DNA of 64,000 bases from contig MU058213.1 of NCBI GenBank assembly GCA_013265495.1, positions 2,914,001 through 2,978,000 on the forward strand. Direction: 5' to 3'. The notes beneath the pieces are model-generated. The model had not been told where the DNA came from, did not search any database, and worked only from the letters and a program-made list of their open reading frames with translations. Each line of letters opens with the position of its first letter. The first letter of the stretch is position 1. Of the stretch, positions 49,955-64,000 are shown one piece after another. This DNA comes from Vicugna vicugna (lineage: Eukaryota). Made by a program: the position numbers and the translations under genes.

Positions 49955-51740
49955 TCAAAACAACCCCATTTACAATAACATCAAAAATAATAAAATACTT
50001 AGGAATAACCTAACAAAGGGGGTTAAAAACTTGTATACAGAATACAACAAAACATTGCCAGAAGATATTAAAGACAAAAATAAATATAAAGATATCCTGT
50101 GCTCATGAACTGGAAGACTTAATATTGTTAAGATGTCCATACTACCCAAAGCAGTCTATAGATTCGACGTAATTCCTGTCAAAATTCTAACCACATTTAC
50201 AGCAGAAGTTTAAACACTGAATTCATGTGAAATCTCAAGGGACTCCAAATAGCCAAAACAATTTTGAAAAAGAACAAAGTTGGAGTCTCACACTTCCTGA
50301 TTTCATATATTACAAAGCTAGAGTAATCAAAACAGTGTGATAGTGGCATAAAGACAGAAAAAATGGACCAATGGAATAGAAAAGAGAGCCCCAAAATAAA
50401 TCCTTGTGTACATAGTCAAGTGATCTTTGACAAGGAAGCCAAAACTTTTCAATAGGGAAAGGGTGGGCTTTTCAACAAATGCTGTTGGGAGAACTGGATA
50501 TCCACATATGAAAAAGATGAAAACTGGAACCATATCTTACACCACACATCACAATTAACTCAAACAGTTAAACAAACTAAAATGCAAGACCCGAAACCAT
50601 AAAACTTATAGAAGAAAACCTGGAAATAGTTTCATGACATTGGATGTTGCAACAATTTCTGTATATGACATCTGAAGCACAGGCATCAAAAGCAAAAATA
50701 GGCAAATGGGACCATACCAAACTGAAATAGCTTGTGCATCAAAGAACGAATCAACAGAATCAATAGAGTGAAAAAGAAACCTAGGAGATGGGAGAAAATA
50801 TTTGCAAATCATATATCTGATAAGAGGTTAATATCCAGAACACATGAAAAAACTCAAGTAGCTCAACAACAATAAAAATCAAATAATCCTATGTAAATAT
50901 AGGCAATGAACTTTAATAGATATTCCTCCAAAACTGGTATACAAATAGCCACCATCATATGAAAATATGTTCTTCAACATCACAAATCATTAAAGAAATG
51001 CAAATCAAACACCAGTGGGATATTACCTCACCCCTGTCAGAATGGCTATTGTGAAAAAATAAAGTAACAGGGGCTGGTAAAGATGTGGAGAAATTGGATG
51101 CCTCACAGACTGTCAATGGAATTATAAAATGGTGCAACCAGTATGGAAAATAGTATATAACTTCACCAAAAAATCAAAAATAGCATTACTATATGATCTA
51201 GGAATCCCACGGATGTACATCTAAAAGAATTGAAAGCAGGGTCCCAAATAGATATTTGTACACTCATATTTAAAGCAACACTAATTTGTAACAGTCAAGA
51301 GGTAGAAGCAACCCAAGTGTCCATTGACGGAAGAATAGGTAAACAAAATGTGGCATGTGCATAAGTGGAATATTATTCAGCCTTATAAAATGAAGAAAAT
51401 CCTGTCACCTGTTACAACATGGATAAACCTTGAAGACACTATGCTAAGAAAAATAAGCCAATTACAAAAAGACAACTACTGCATGATTCCACTTACACGA
51501 GGTATCTAAAGTAGTCAAATTCATAGAAACAAAAAGCAGAATGACGGTTACTCAACCTGGGGGAGGGAAAAAGGGAAGTTGTTTTTAATGGATACAGAGT
51601 TTCACATTTGCAAAATGAAAAAGTTTCGGAGATCTGTTTACAACAATGTGAACATACTTAACAGTACTAAATTTTACACTTTAAAATGGTTATAATGCCA
51701 AAATTTGTGTTATGTGTTATTTACCACAATTTTAAACAAC
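49955..51740 (+). mobile_element. L1MB-type 3' portion (ORF2 C-terminus + 3' UTR)
   Basis: ccatttacaataacatcaaaa…ggaagacttaatattgttaagatgtccatactacccaaagc…tttaccacaattttaaa. Confidence 0.92.
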
Positions 51741-53094
51741 TAAAAATATATATATACTGGTAGTCACTGCATTTGATGAACTAGTTCATATGCACATGTG
51801 ATACACAGCTTGGGGGTCCATAGAACTATCTATGGGAACACTTTAAGGGACTGAGTTAATGCCAGAAAATGTTTCAAAAATCACTTTGATTTGTCAATTA
51901 ATATAAATGTATATTTATCTTAATTATAAATAATTATAATTATGTTATATGTTATATATATTATGCATATATAGTACAAATATAAAGATGAGCCCATATT
52001 GTCATTACCTGATAAGACCAGGAGACGTTTAGGTTACACAAAAATTTCTGGCATCCCAAGGTAATTTTTACCCATAAGGATGACAAAGGACTTTTTTTCC
52101 ATACTTTGTGTATCTTCAGAGATTTGGTCAGCTCTAAACATCACAAATGTTTCCCCAAATATTTATGTTACCTTGTGCACTATAGCTTCATAGCACATCA
52201 TGTGATCATTTAATATACATGTCATAACTTCTCAATATTAAGGGGACAACTCACGGTTTGAGAATAGACACTCAAATTATTCCTGATTGTTATTAATAAT
52301 GTGATGGACTCGGAGGAGACAATGATCCATGAACTAGAATCTGAAGTGGTGTCCTGGGGATTCTTTGGCACTAAAAGCAGATTTACCCTATCTTAATCCA
52401 TCACAGCTGAGGAATAATATGTCACAGGATTGTTAGCAAGACCTAAATAATTCAAAAAGATGTCTCTTGAGGTATAATGGAAAAATTAAGTTGAACTTGA
52501 TTTTAAAGCAAGCCATAAAAATCTGCTTTTGGATCTGTCAATGTGTATGACATCCATTTAAAACTTACCAATCAATCCAGTACTTTTTATAGTTAGCAAG
52601 CTGATAAAAACCCCCACTCCCACCTAAAATTTAAAAAAAAATCCTAATTATTTACTACTAGGATGAAACATGTGTTGGAATGAGAGAATTAGAATCAGGG
52701 AGACAAGAGAAGAGGTTGCTTAAATCACATGGGATGGTAAGGGTGGATTAAACCACTGGCCAGAAGTCAGTTCACTGAGTTCATATCAGAAGCATATCTT
52801 TTTAAAAACTAATAACATTTTGCCTTTCCAGTTCCCTGGCTATTCCACTCTAGTGAGTTTTATTTGGTTGAAACCTTCTGATTTCACGTAGCTGATTTCA
52901 CTAGATAAACTCCACCCTTCGTTGTGAACTCCTTAGTTCACTGAAACTCAGAAAAGAGGGATGGAAATTGATAAGAACCTATGGCCCCTTTATGAAAAAT
53001 ACTGAATATTCAAGCTCAAAATACCTGTTCCTAAGATACCAATAGGAACACTAGTAGTTCTAATGTTGGACAAAAGTAGTTGGAAACAAACTGG

Positions 53095-53400
53095 AAAGGA
53101 ATGCAGCAGAGAAAGAAAAGATAGACTTTGTTTTACTTTGTTTTATAAAAATTCTATTTGTTTGTTATGAGTAAGAGTCATGAAGACAGATATCTACTAG
53201 CAACTAGAGATACATAAATAGAGGTTGAGAAAGAGGTTAGAGCTAAAAGTCTTGATTTGGAAGTCCTCGGCATAGGGGTTGGTTAAAGCCCTCAGAATGG
53301 ATACGATTTCCTTTTCAAAAGAGAGCGCATAGGAAAAATAAAATCAGAGGGCATAAACTGTGCCTTGGGGAATGCAGAGACAGAGGTAGAGGAAGGGGAC
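53095..53400 (-). mobile_element. L2 fragment
   Basis: gatatctactagcaactagagatacataaa…gaaagaggttagagctaaaag..gatttggaagtcctcggcatag. Confidence 0.65.
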
Positions 53401-53861
53401 AGCACAGTGGTATTGGAGCTGATGAAGTAGACAATGTTTCTCATGAAGGGAGAAGGCTCTGCATCCACATGCCTAGTCTTTTAGGGCAAAAGAATCGTCA
53501 TATATTAGCACCAGTGCCTGAGGAGGACCCCGGAGTGGGGTCGCAAGATCTCCATGGTCAGAGACTAATGAAATGTGAGGGAAAAAGTCTGTATCCAAGA
53601 CAGGAACCAAGCTGGGTCAACAACAACAACAGAAAAAGTTTGATGAAGGAGAAGAACAAACCTAAATCTGAACCAAGTCACAGGGGAAGGTCAGATGAGA
53701 AGTAAAGCTGACCCTTTGAACAAAATCACAGACGCTGGACAGATTGGGGTCCTGACTTGACCAGAAACAAATAGCATTTGGAAGGATTCGGTGATGCTCT
53801 ACACTTCAAGGCTGACTAGCCCTTTATGTGAACAGAGTTCTGAGGGCTTCACATGACCTGA

Positions 53862-54110
53862 TACATAGAGGTTAAGAGCACCAGTTACAGCATCATATAG
53901 ACTTCAGGTCACTTCCTGGATCTGTCACTTACACCCCTGTGACCTTGGAATAATAATCTCTTCTGAAACTCAGTTTGTCTATAAAAAATGATGTATAAAA
54001 TGGAGATGATAAGAGTGTATATATCACAGAACTGTAGTAACAACTTAATGAGATGATGTGTGGAAAGCACTTAGCACAGCTCCTAAGATATCCACAAATG
54101 CTTTAGTTAA
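53862..54110 (+). mobile_element. MIR
   Basis: ggttaagagcacc…ctgtgaccttggaa…ctcagtttgtctataaaa…ggaaagcacttagcacag. Confidence 0.8.
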
Positions 54111-54779
54111 GTTATAAAATAGCCTAAGCCTTACCAATTGCATCTCCCCACACTGAGGATCCAAATTCTCTCAAGTCACTTTAGGAGAAGCGATGGTAAA
54201 TAAAGATCTGTAATGTGCTGAGGCATAACTTTCCTTTCCCAATACTCATAAAGTGGTGCACATAGCCACTGAATCCTAGGTTGAGGAAGACAACCTATTT
54301 TGCTTGATTGCCCTCCACTCTATATCAAACAAAGAAGAACTACCTATCTTTTGTTCTGGTAGCTAGTGCTCCACAGTGGAAAATGTAATGATAAACAGGG
54401 CACCTAATAAGTTACACATTTCCCTAACAATGTTACTACTACCTCTGGAAAGCTTGGGAGACAACATAAAAATCAGACTATGTCATGGCCAGTCATGAAT
54501 TCCAAGAAGTAAGAAGGTACTTCTGGGACCCTGGACTTTTATTTGGACAATAAATCGTTTGCTTATACACCAGCTCTGTGAAAGGATGCAAGGAAGAATA
54601 ACTTAACCTCAGTCTGCAGAAGGAGAAACTGAGGCTTAATGAGATTGCATGATCTGCCCAAAGACACACGGTATAGGCGGGTATTTGTAATGCTTTCTGG
54701 GGACCCAGCACATGTTGAACACCTTGCTCTGTTTGGAAAATCTTCTGAGTCGTACCTTATATCGAGGTGGAACCCAAAG

Positions 54780-55150
54780 AAATCACTACCCCAGCCTCCC
54801 TAGAAGATAACACGTGGACGTGCGCTCTAGACTCCGTGCAAGACTAAGACTCAGAAGTGTGACACTTAATAAAGGAGGAATTCATGTTTCATGTCTGCGG
54901 ATGACAGAAAAGGTGTCCATGTTTGGGGGCTGGCAACAATTGGAAGGCCAAGTTTCTGGTGTGTCAGTGTCACTGGGGAAAGTGCCAATGGTGTTGGTTT
55001 TATACATGGTTCCTGAGAACTCAACCTCAGCCCTGTTTCTCCAGTCAAGCCAATGATTCTATGAGCTTCCCAACAATTTTTTAACAAACTCTTTGTTTTG
55101 CTTAATCAGCCATAGCAACATCTAGTGCGTGCTTCTAAGATCCTTGATGG
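54780..55150 (+). mobile_element. ERVL-like LTR fragment (LTR16/33/50 group)
   Basis: ctatgagcttcccaacaattttttaacaaactctttgttttgcttaatcagcca resembles an ERVL LTR 3' end. Confidence 0.45.
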
Positions 55151-57199
55151 GTTGAGTCAGTAGCTGAACCTACAAGTTACATTACTTTCAACATAGGATA
55201 TTTCTTCTAAAAGAGCTTATCTGTGTATGGTCTCAATGATCATTCCTAGCTCACCAATATATGCCATTCCCCAACAATTCTGAATAAAATAAGAATTTAT
55301 TGTAATTCACTTTGGAAAGTCTTGGAAAGTCTATCCTATGGCTGTGAGTGAACTGTGGCAAAGTAGCCAGCCAGTTTTGTCCAAAAATCAGTCAAATCAC
55401 AAAGGAAAAAAAATCAGTTAAAATAGGTTCATTTGTTCCACAGTGTGTGACCAATATATTCTCCTGACTGATTTTTTTCTCTTTTTCCCCAGCTGTGGCA
55501 CTAAGAAAAGACACAGCCTTAAAAATTATTTCCTCACTATAAATATAATACCTCCATATGTTAGAATGTATAGAGTTATGGACAATAAATTTTACCCTGA
55601 GAAAGGGAAGTTGAACAGACCCCTTCCTTCTGTCAACACTGTATTGGATCACTGGGCAAAATAAATAGCATCTCAGGGACATCATTTGAAAACACTGAGA
55701 AACTTAACTCTAGCCATTCCACTATGAGCTCCCTAAATTCCCCAACAATTTTCCCTAAAGAGAAAAAGAGAGAAAGAAAACTCTGCCTGATAGTTTTTAT
55801 GACCATTTGGAAATTTTGTGACATTACACCATCTTCACATCAAGGAAGCCCAGGACAATTCATCGGGAAGCTCCATCACTAGATAGAGTGAAGGGTCCAT
55901 TTCCTCAGTTTAGCACCATCTAGGTGTCATCTTCCATCATTTCCCTGAGCCATACATGATAATGTTTGTTTTGCTTCTGAGACCAGGGCCTCCTGAGAAA
56001 CTTACAAACACCCAACTTATCCTGGACCCCCACACAAACCCCACTTTCTGCATACACCAGGATCACTCTAGAATCACCTTCTCTCCTACCAAAGTGGATT
56101 TGAAGCCTTCCCAGAAAAATTCAATGTCTTTTGAACATCTTTTATTCTTCTTTAAATATTATCTAAAATTCAAAGTACCAACATGGGACAAAGTACTGCT
56201 TGGTCTTCAAATTACAGTTTCCACTCACATACACAGAGCCCTGTTGAGAATTACTAAGTAACCAAAGAAGATTAGTACACTCAGGTCCCAGACATAATAC
56301 TGCTCTAACTGGATGGATGGATGACTCACAGAAAGTCTCTACTTCTCTGGACTTTTTTGCTCATTTGTGGGAAAATGATATTAAACTAAGGTCTAAAATT
56401 TTAGCTTTGTTTTTTAGTACATATATTTACTATAAAACTATTCAGTTATTTACATTTACCTTATCCCAATTTAAGATAAATGGTCATATTCATCAGAAAA
56501 ATTATAGGTATTAATTCGGCATATTCACAGGTCTAGCAGTTCAGGGTGATGCAGCTTTCTAGGAGTTTATCCCACAATCACATAGAGTGAAGCAGCAAGA
56601 ACTAAAGACCATCATTTCTGGATCCCAAAGCAGAACCAAAGGTCCCCAGACTTTCTGATCTTTGACAACGCCTTGGCCATAAACAGGCATAACCAGATTG
56701 CTGCCCTGATTTTTCCAAAGGTGAAACAGACTATTCACAACTATTCCAAGTAAAACTTCAGAGTCGGTACCATCAGCCTCTCTTGTGAATACATCTGGGA
56801 CTGTAGACAGCACAGGAAATAATAACATTCATTCCTCACATTGATCCAGCTGCTGGAGCAGGAAGAATCAATACACATTACTGCAATGATTTGCTGAATT
56901 TTCCATTTGAAGAAATCAGCTTCTATTTAGACTGAGGAACAAAATATCTACAAAAGAAGTGTGAAGGCTGGGGAGAATATTTAAGTCACAAAGAAAGTCA
57001 ACGTTGGGGAAATTTCATGGAAGAAAGAACAGTCCTAAAACTAGGGCAACCAAGTTATTTGGGGGTTCAAGGGCCTATTCTTTCTGCCACGGCAGACCCC
57101 AAGTGGGACGCGATGACTTCTAGGTAGGGCAACATCACAGCAGAATACGGGCTCTCAAATAGGAGCTCCTTGTTCTCCCAAATGGTCACCAAGTGAGAA

Positions 57200-57850
57200 T
57201 ATAAGCCTCGCTCTTATTTCCACTGTTAATTCCAGAACTTTTTTCTTCCATCCTTACGCAGAAGTCTCTCAAATCATCCATTTCTTCTCCTAATGAACAT
57301 CACTCTCCCAGTTTCCCACCACCCTCTTGATCATGGCCTCACTTAACACTGTGAATTTTGACATCTGATTAGAGTTTTCCTCTCCACTCCTAATACTACT
57401 CCCATTCTGGGAGATCCAGAAACTGCTATGGAAAACCTACACAGGTGTAGGTTACACCATTCCTTGATTTCCTCAGCACCAGTGACCTGCATCTCATCTC
57501 CACAATAAAACCCAACCCCATGGCCAACACGACCTTCATGATCAGCATGCAGAATTGTTCTACCTCAAATGAGACTCCATTATCCCATTTTTTGACCAAA
57601 AACTCTACTCAACTATAGATCACTTATCATCTTATTCTCCACCACACCTATTTTTCAACTTTACCACTATCTCTAGAATCTTAAGCCTTCTAATTCTTCC
57701 CAACTAATCACCAACTGCTAGATTCACAGCCTGCCCCACATATCCTGGATCCCTGTGGGCACGGTCACGCCAGAGAACCACACAAAAGCATGCTCGCTGC
57801 CCCGACTCGCTGCCTCACCTCACCGTGGATTAATTCAATCATCCTCTTTT
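57200..57850 (+). mobile_element. Degenerate L2 fragment
   Basis: ccttgatttcctcagcaccagtgacctgcatctc…catggccaacacgacctt; parallels the L2 copies at 31.1 and 34.5 kb. Confidence 0.55.
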
Positions 57851-57939
57851 ATTCTCAGGTATTTAGGAGCTTGATTCTTGATTGCAAAATTAAGAATTTA
57901 GCTTTGTAACTATTAAAGCATTAAATAAGCCATTGAATT

Positions 57940-58130
57940 TTAAGGCACTGGATCTTAGAAATAATCTAGTTCAAGTCCCCCTCAATTTGCAAATAAGGGA
58001 ACAGAAACTCAAGGAGGTGACAAAACTCACAAAGGTTACAGAGCTCATTAAGCAGCAAGGCTGGAACGAGATCCCAGGGTTCCTGGCCTCCTGACTCCAA
58101 GCTTAATGCTGTCTTTTATGCCACATCATC
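57940..58130 (-). mobile_element. MIR
   Basis: gcaaataagggaacagaaactcaaggaggtgac..ctcacaaaggttacagagct…ctcctgactccaag. Confidence 0.75.
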
Positions 58131-58577
58131 TCCCCGGGCAGTCACTCACTAACAATTGTCAAACACGGGCTTCAATAAAGGATATTTTATTCTGAGTTTG
58201 AGAATTTTACAACATGTAATTCTTTAAGACACTATAATACATTCTCTGGGTTTTGTTTCATTTTGTTTTGTTTTTTTCAATCACTCCCTTGTCCATCTGG
58301 GGAAAATAATCTTTAAATACCAACAATACAGTGATTATAAGTAATCTATAATAATCAATAACCTACAAATGAGCACTGAATTCTAAGACGAATTCCCTAT
58401 GTCAGTTCTGTTAGACATCAGCATTACCAGAGGAGATTTTTTTAACCAGTAGAGATTTAGGATTCTTGTACCCTCATCCAGAATAAACAATGGGATACAT
58501 TATATGTGCAAGTCCTGATCTTAAAAAAATCTCTCTAAAAGCACAGTATTTCCATTATTTAATTTGTATATTATATA

Positions 58578-58926
58578 TAGTAGTCCCTTGGTATCCACAA
58601 GAGATTGGTTCCAGGATCCCCTGCAGATACCAAAATCCAGATGTTTAATTGACTTATATAAAAAGGCATAACATTTGCATATAACCTACACGCATCTTCC
58701 AGTACACTTTAATAAGTCACCTCTAGATTGCTTATAATACCTAATACAATGTAAATGTTATGTAAATAGTTTTAAACACAATGTAAATGTATGTAAATCA
58801 CTGCCAGCACAAGGCAAACTCAAGTATTGCTTTGAGGAACTTTCTAAACATTTTTTTTCAAATATTTTTGATCCTTGGAAGGTTGAATCCACAGGTGTGA
58901 AACTTGCGGATACGAAGGGCCAACTG
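58578..58926 (+). mobile_element. MER2 (Tigger-derived MITE)
   Basis: tagtagtcccttggtatccac..gattggttccaggatccc…gcggatacgaagggccaactg; TA flanks. Confidence 0.9.
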
Positions 58927-59644
58927 TATATATAAAATTATTATTTGGGAATTTTTAAGAAACAATGAGATAAAAATGCTGAGATAGTCCCCTCTCCAGA
59001 TCTAAACATTAGAAGTTCTGGTAGTGAGGCCAAGTTACAAGGATTTTTTTTTTAATTTTCCCAGGGAATTCTGATGCCAGTTGTGGTCTGATGCCCAATC
59101 TTTATCTCATGTAGCAGCTTAAGGCATGCGATACGTAAGATATTTCGAGATTCTGTTTCTAAAATAAACAACACAATCCAGAAACTTCTTGGCAGCTGCT
59201 GCTCTTGAGGTAAAAGATTCCCAAACTGGGTGTGAATAGAAATCAGCTCAGGTCCAAAGCTCACACTCACCGTTACTCAGGCAGATAAGTCAGCCATACA
59301 GAAAGCTTCTCATAGACCTTGTGACATCATTAAATGTAATGTTAGTGGCCTCATAGTACGTCCTCCTATGATTTTCTTTCTTATTGCATTTTTGGTTAAC
59401 TTCACCTGTATGATCTCAGGGTGTGTCAAGACTACTCTGAGATATTATTTCTTCATATGTAAAAATGAAAAACTTGAATTACTCTTAGTCTGAATATCTG
59501 TGGTCACTCCCCAGCTGCTCTTTCCTCATATGCCCTCTAAAGACCCCTTCCTAGCCCAAATTTCATTAATACAGACCAGTTAAAACTATATTTTACATGT
59601 GTAAGACCAAATTGAAATATAAATATTAGAATTAGCATTTAGCA

Positions 59645-59850
59645 GTTATAATAGGCCAAACACTGTGCTAAGTATTTTTAAATATTATATTGCATTTAAT
59701 CCTTTCATGCCCCTACAGAGACAAAGACCATTACTGACCACATTTAGAGATGAGGAATTAGATTTAAAGAGGTTAAATAATTTCTCCAAAATGGCACGAC
59801 AAATGGCAGAAACAGGATTCAAACCCTATCTGGCCCATCCCAGAGCCCAC
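59645..59850 (-). mobile_element. MIR
   Basis: cactgtgctaagtatttt…catttaatcct…agatgaggaattagatttaaagaggttaaataatttctcc. Confidence 0.8.
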
Positions 59851-60711
59851 TCTTCAATTTTATTCCTCTTCATGTTTAGAAGCTCAAATAATTAACATTC
59901 TACTGAGGGCTACGTCATATCCATATTATTGAGAATTTGAGTAACTGAGCTTTGAATCAATACGTTGTGACTCTATTTTGTTTTTTATAGAACTTTAACC
60001 GTTTGAGCCTTACAGAGACAACTGTTTTCCATTACAGAAACACATATACACCACATAGCCAGTGAACACCTACTCCAATTCCTTTTTTACATGTAGATCA
60101 TGACACTGGGGCTCAGAGTCTTGCCTAAGGTCACAAATCTAGTTAGAGGCAGAGCTGGGATCCCTCTCCACTATCATGCTGCTTCTCACAGTTAGACATT
60201 ACCAATTTCTTTACAGCCACAAATGATTTTTTAATACACTCATCAATTTTTCAGAGACACTGGTAAGATCCCTTTACAGTATTTCCATGCAACAAAGCTG
60301 TTTCTATGTAGCAGAGAATAGTTCAAAATCATGCTACTTTGTCCTTCAAAATCACATACAACCTTAAGGGTACAGGAAATTCTGAAAGTGAATTTTTTTC
60401 TGGTGTCTCCCCACATGCCAGTTGTTCTCCACGTGGGAAAAGCCTAGTTGTGTATTACTGTGTGTGCTGTTTCTTTCGAAATTATCTAATCAGACCAAAC
60501 TACATGCAGCTTTTGGTTCTTTTACATGAAAATCACTTGCTTTTTCCTAACCCTTCCTCTTCCCGAAATACCCAGATCACTTTTATCACAAGGCTGTAGA
60601 GCACCGAGTCTTGCTCCCACATTTAAGGAGATGTCTAATGCACAGAATCAATCGTCTTGGCTGTATTTGGAAATGTCTCATGCATATTTCCGATTCAAAA
60701 GAGAAGACTTC

Positions 60712-61160
60712 TACAATTCATTTATTGAGCATACATTCAGTGAGCACCTCCTGAATGCTTTGTATAAAATTATATAAAATTTGTATAAAATTAGGTGACA
60801 GGAGCAAAGAGATGAGTAAAGCAGAGGTCCGACTTTCAAAGAACGTATAGTCTGCCAAAGAAAACCGGTGTACACAGACAATGCAATAGAATTTAATAAG
60901 GGCTGTGGCAAAGATAAATTCAAGATGTGTGGGATCTCACATAAGGGGCATTTAACTGTGCTTCCAAATGGATATGAGATGTGAGGTGGGTCCTGAAGGA
61001 TGAGTAAGAATTCTGTCAAAGGATTAGACAAAGAAGGAAATTCCAGGAAAAAGGAATTGCACGTGCGAGGACATGAAGCAGAGGAGACTATGAAAATACC
61101 TAGGAAACTGGGATCAGTGGAACATGGAGCTAAAAGATGGGCAGTGTCTTTGTCATAAAG
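60712..61160 (-). mobile_element. L2 3' region
   Basis: ttcatttattgagc…tgggtcctgaaggatgagtaagaatt…aattccaggaaaaaggaattgcacgtgc. Confidence 0.75.
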
Positions 61161-61899
61161 GGCCTTTCATCCTATGGCCGTGGGAAGCCTGCTGACCCTT
61201 CTACTCACTGATAACGTATACCCTCCCAATCATCTTCTCCATCTCAAAGTCCTGTTATCTTCTTGAACAATTTCTGTATCCAACCCAATAGCCTTCATTT
61301 TACTCAACTCCAGTGACACCTATGTCCTTGCCTCATCTTTGCCTCAGAAGCAGTCTTCACTCTTCCTTACTAGTATCTCAAAAAACAAAAAAAAAAAGGA
61401 AAGAAAGAAAAAAAAAGTTCTTTCTCCCTTTGTACAACATCTTTCTTTCAAACTGTGCTTCTGATGCCATCCTCTCCCTGCATCTTTGAGTCACTGTCTG
61501 TAAATTATCCTCTCTCCCTCTTCTTTTTCCTGGTCAGTGTGTTAGTTTCAACACTCTGCTATGAATCCTCTCCATTTATTCATTCAGTATGTCATGTTTA
61601 TTACCAAAACCCACACTACACATTAGGATCTCAAAAGGTGAATAAGAAAGAGATGCAGTCCTCAAGGAGCTCAGCCCAAAAAAGGAAAGAGACATAAAAA
61701 TAGACATAACTAAATGTAATTAATTTAGTCTACACAACACAGTATGTGACATAGTTCAATAGAATCACCCTAAATGTCTGCAACACATTATTCAAGAAGT
61801 GTCAAGAGGACTTGTTTTTATCCTTATTTAACCCAAGAAGGAAGCAACTCTGCCCACTGAATAGTATTTATAATGATCCATCTACAGGCATTGAGATGA

Positions 61900-62800
61900 C
61901 CATTTGTAGCACTCCAAATCTGCTTGTTCTTCTTTCTTCCCCAACTAAGTTAATGATACTGGCTCTTCAAAGCATGGATCTGGGGGTCACCCTTGATACC
62001 TACATCATCACCCGTGTCTAATCCATCAGTAACTCTTAGTGGTTTCACCTTCAAAATATATCTTAAATCCATCTGCTTCTGGCCACCTCGATCATCAGCC
62101 ATCATGGTATCTTGCCTGGACCACTGCAATTGTTTCCAAACTGGTCTTTGCATTTCCACTGATGTTGCCCTTTCAACCATTCTCAGCTCATCAATCAAAA
62201 CAATATTTTTTAATTGCAAATATGCCAGAATTCCACTTTAAAACTCTCATTGGCTCTTATTGCTTTCATAAACTTAAAAGTCTTGATACAGCCAAATCCC
62301 CTGACAGATCTTTCCTTTCCCTGCTTATCAAATGTGAGGTACACAATGTCTCCTCTGCTTACCATGGTCTGACCTGCTTGCCCTTCCTTAAAAGCATCAA
62401 ACCATTTCACACTTCAGAGACCTTACACAGGCAGATCCAACTGCTTAGAATGTTCTTCTACCCAATCTTCACCCAGCTAATTCCTACTTATCCTTCAGAA
62501 TTCAGTTTCAATGTCACTTGGTAGAAAGTCTTCAACAATTCACAATCTGAGTCATGTTTCCCCCACATCTCCCACAGCATCCTAGTCTTTTCCTTCAAAT
62601 TTCAGAGCACAAGATGTCATCAGACATGTGTCTGTGAGAATATTCATTTAATCTCTCTCTCCTCCAATAGACAATATGCTCCATGTGGGCAAAGCCTACA
62701 TCTGTTTTCTTTACAACTATATAAACAACATTATTTAATATAATGCCTGATACAGAATGTGTGTTCAATAAATATTTGTGAATGAATGAATAAATGAAAA
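61900..62800 (+). mobile_element. L2 3' region with tail
   Basis: ttcaaaatatatctt..atccatctgcttct…cttgcctggaccactgcaat…caataaatatttgtgaatgaatgaataaatga. Confidence 0.85.
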
Positions 62801-62919
62801 AGAAAGCCAGAAAGGAAGGACAAAAAGAGAACAACTGCACTGATAATCCTATTAGAGAGAGACAGGTATCACACAGTCATTCCAGGGCCATTTGCAGTTT
62901 TCTGAGGGTTCTCCTCATC

Positions 62920-63745
62920 TTTAATTTTTTTAACAGCTTTACTGAGATATAATTCACATCCCATACAATTCACCCAATTAAAATGCACAATTCAACAGTC
63001 TTTTGTATATTCACAGAGCTGTATGAATAACCCTAACTTTCATCATAACCAACTTTAGAAAGTACATATCATCCCAAAAAAGAAAGCCCATACCCAGTAG
63101 CAGTCTCCCACAAAGCACCTCCCCCTTGGGCAACCACTAATCTACATTCTGTCTCTATAGATTTGCCTATTCTGGATATTTTGCATAAATGGAATCATAA
63201 AATATGTGGTCTCCCATGACTGGCTTCTTTCATTTAACATTAATATTTTCTAGGTTTATTCATTCATGCTACATGTTGTAGCATGTATCAGTATCTCATT
63301 TCTTTGTACCTGCCAACTAATATTCCATTGTGTGGATATACCACAGTTTATTTATCCATTTATCAGTTGATATACATTTGGGTTGTTCTCACTTTGGGGC
63401 TATAATGAGTAATTTGGCTATGAATATTCACATGCAAATTTTTATTTCTCTTGATTATATACCTAGGAGTAAAACTGCTGGATCATGTAGTAACTCTAAG
63501 TTTAGCCTTTTCAGGAACTGCCAAACTGTTTTCCAAAGCAAGTGTTCCAACTTACAGTCCTACCAGCAATGCATAAGGATTCTGATTTCTCCACAACCTC
63601 ACTAACACTTCTCAAAAACCGGGTTTGTTTTTTTTTTCAATTCTATCGTTTTAGTGGGTGTGAAGTAATACATCTTGTGGGGGTTTTTTGCACTTCGCTG
63701 ATGCTAATGATGGTGAGCATCTTTTCATGTGCTTATTGGTCATGT
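62920..63745 (-). mobile_element. L1MB-type 3' end
   Basis: aacagctttactgagatataattcacatcccatacaattcaccca…gcaaccactaatctac..tctgtctctatagatttgcctattctgg. Confidence 0.92.
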
Positions 63746-64000
63746 GTTCATTAGGCTCATCTTTATTTTCAAAAAGCCCATCCCTTGGTAAATAGACTAT
63801 ATTAAAGTGCGCCTATACCCCTCGTGGAAGATAAAATATATACATATACATAAACTTATATATGTAACTTTATAATACTTGTGTTGCATTCCTATTGGCT
63901 AGATGACAAAATGTTACATTTTGCAAAACTTTAATTAAATATATACTGATTTCAATTTTGTTATTTTATTTTCCTGTTTTTAAATCAATAGAACATCTTT

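Noticed and set aside
56559..56828. 89-aa minus-strand ORF next to an acceptor-like site
   Set aside because: No recognisable protein family and no matching donor or neighbouring exons.

Overview
Repeat-rich, AT-rich mammalian DNA, either intergenic or intronic. I found no recognisable protein-coding exon, RNA gene or CpG island. The youngest L1 3' UTRs (…gcatgactgggacattatgctgtacaccagaaattgacacattgtaactgactatacttcaat-polyA) and the lack of any Alu, B1, Bov-tA, PRE-1 or CHR SINE that I could recognise suggest a camelid-like cetartiodactyl; this is inference. Most of the window is transposon fossils: L1 of several ages, L2, MIR, MaLR/ERVL/ERV1 LTRs, and hAT and Tigger DNA elements. There are two assembly gaps. 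The ORFs I can assign are L1, Tigger2 or CR1 remnants or run through N gaps, and the rest look like chance ORFs. Four structures stand out. (1) Two TSD-bounded solo LTRs are nested 26 bp apart inside an MLT1F, one carrying a ~23-bp-period CCAAT-box array plus octamer and TATA motifs. (2) A very old CR1/L3 reverse-transcriptase fossil (~42.2-44.6 kb) is still readable at the protein level and is split by a TSD-flanked L1 and by a tail-less, apparently internally primed L1 fragment. (3) A young L1 ORF2 stops and resumes at the same point on either side of ~2 kb of non-L1 DNA. (4) A chimeric junction joins a young and an old L1. I see no evidence of a novel multi-gene system. Repeat family names come from memory of consensus sequences and boundaries are approximate unless a TSD is quoted.
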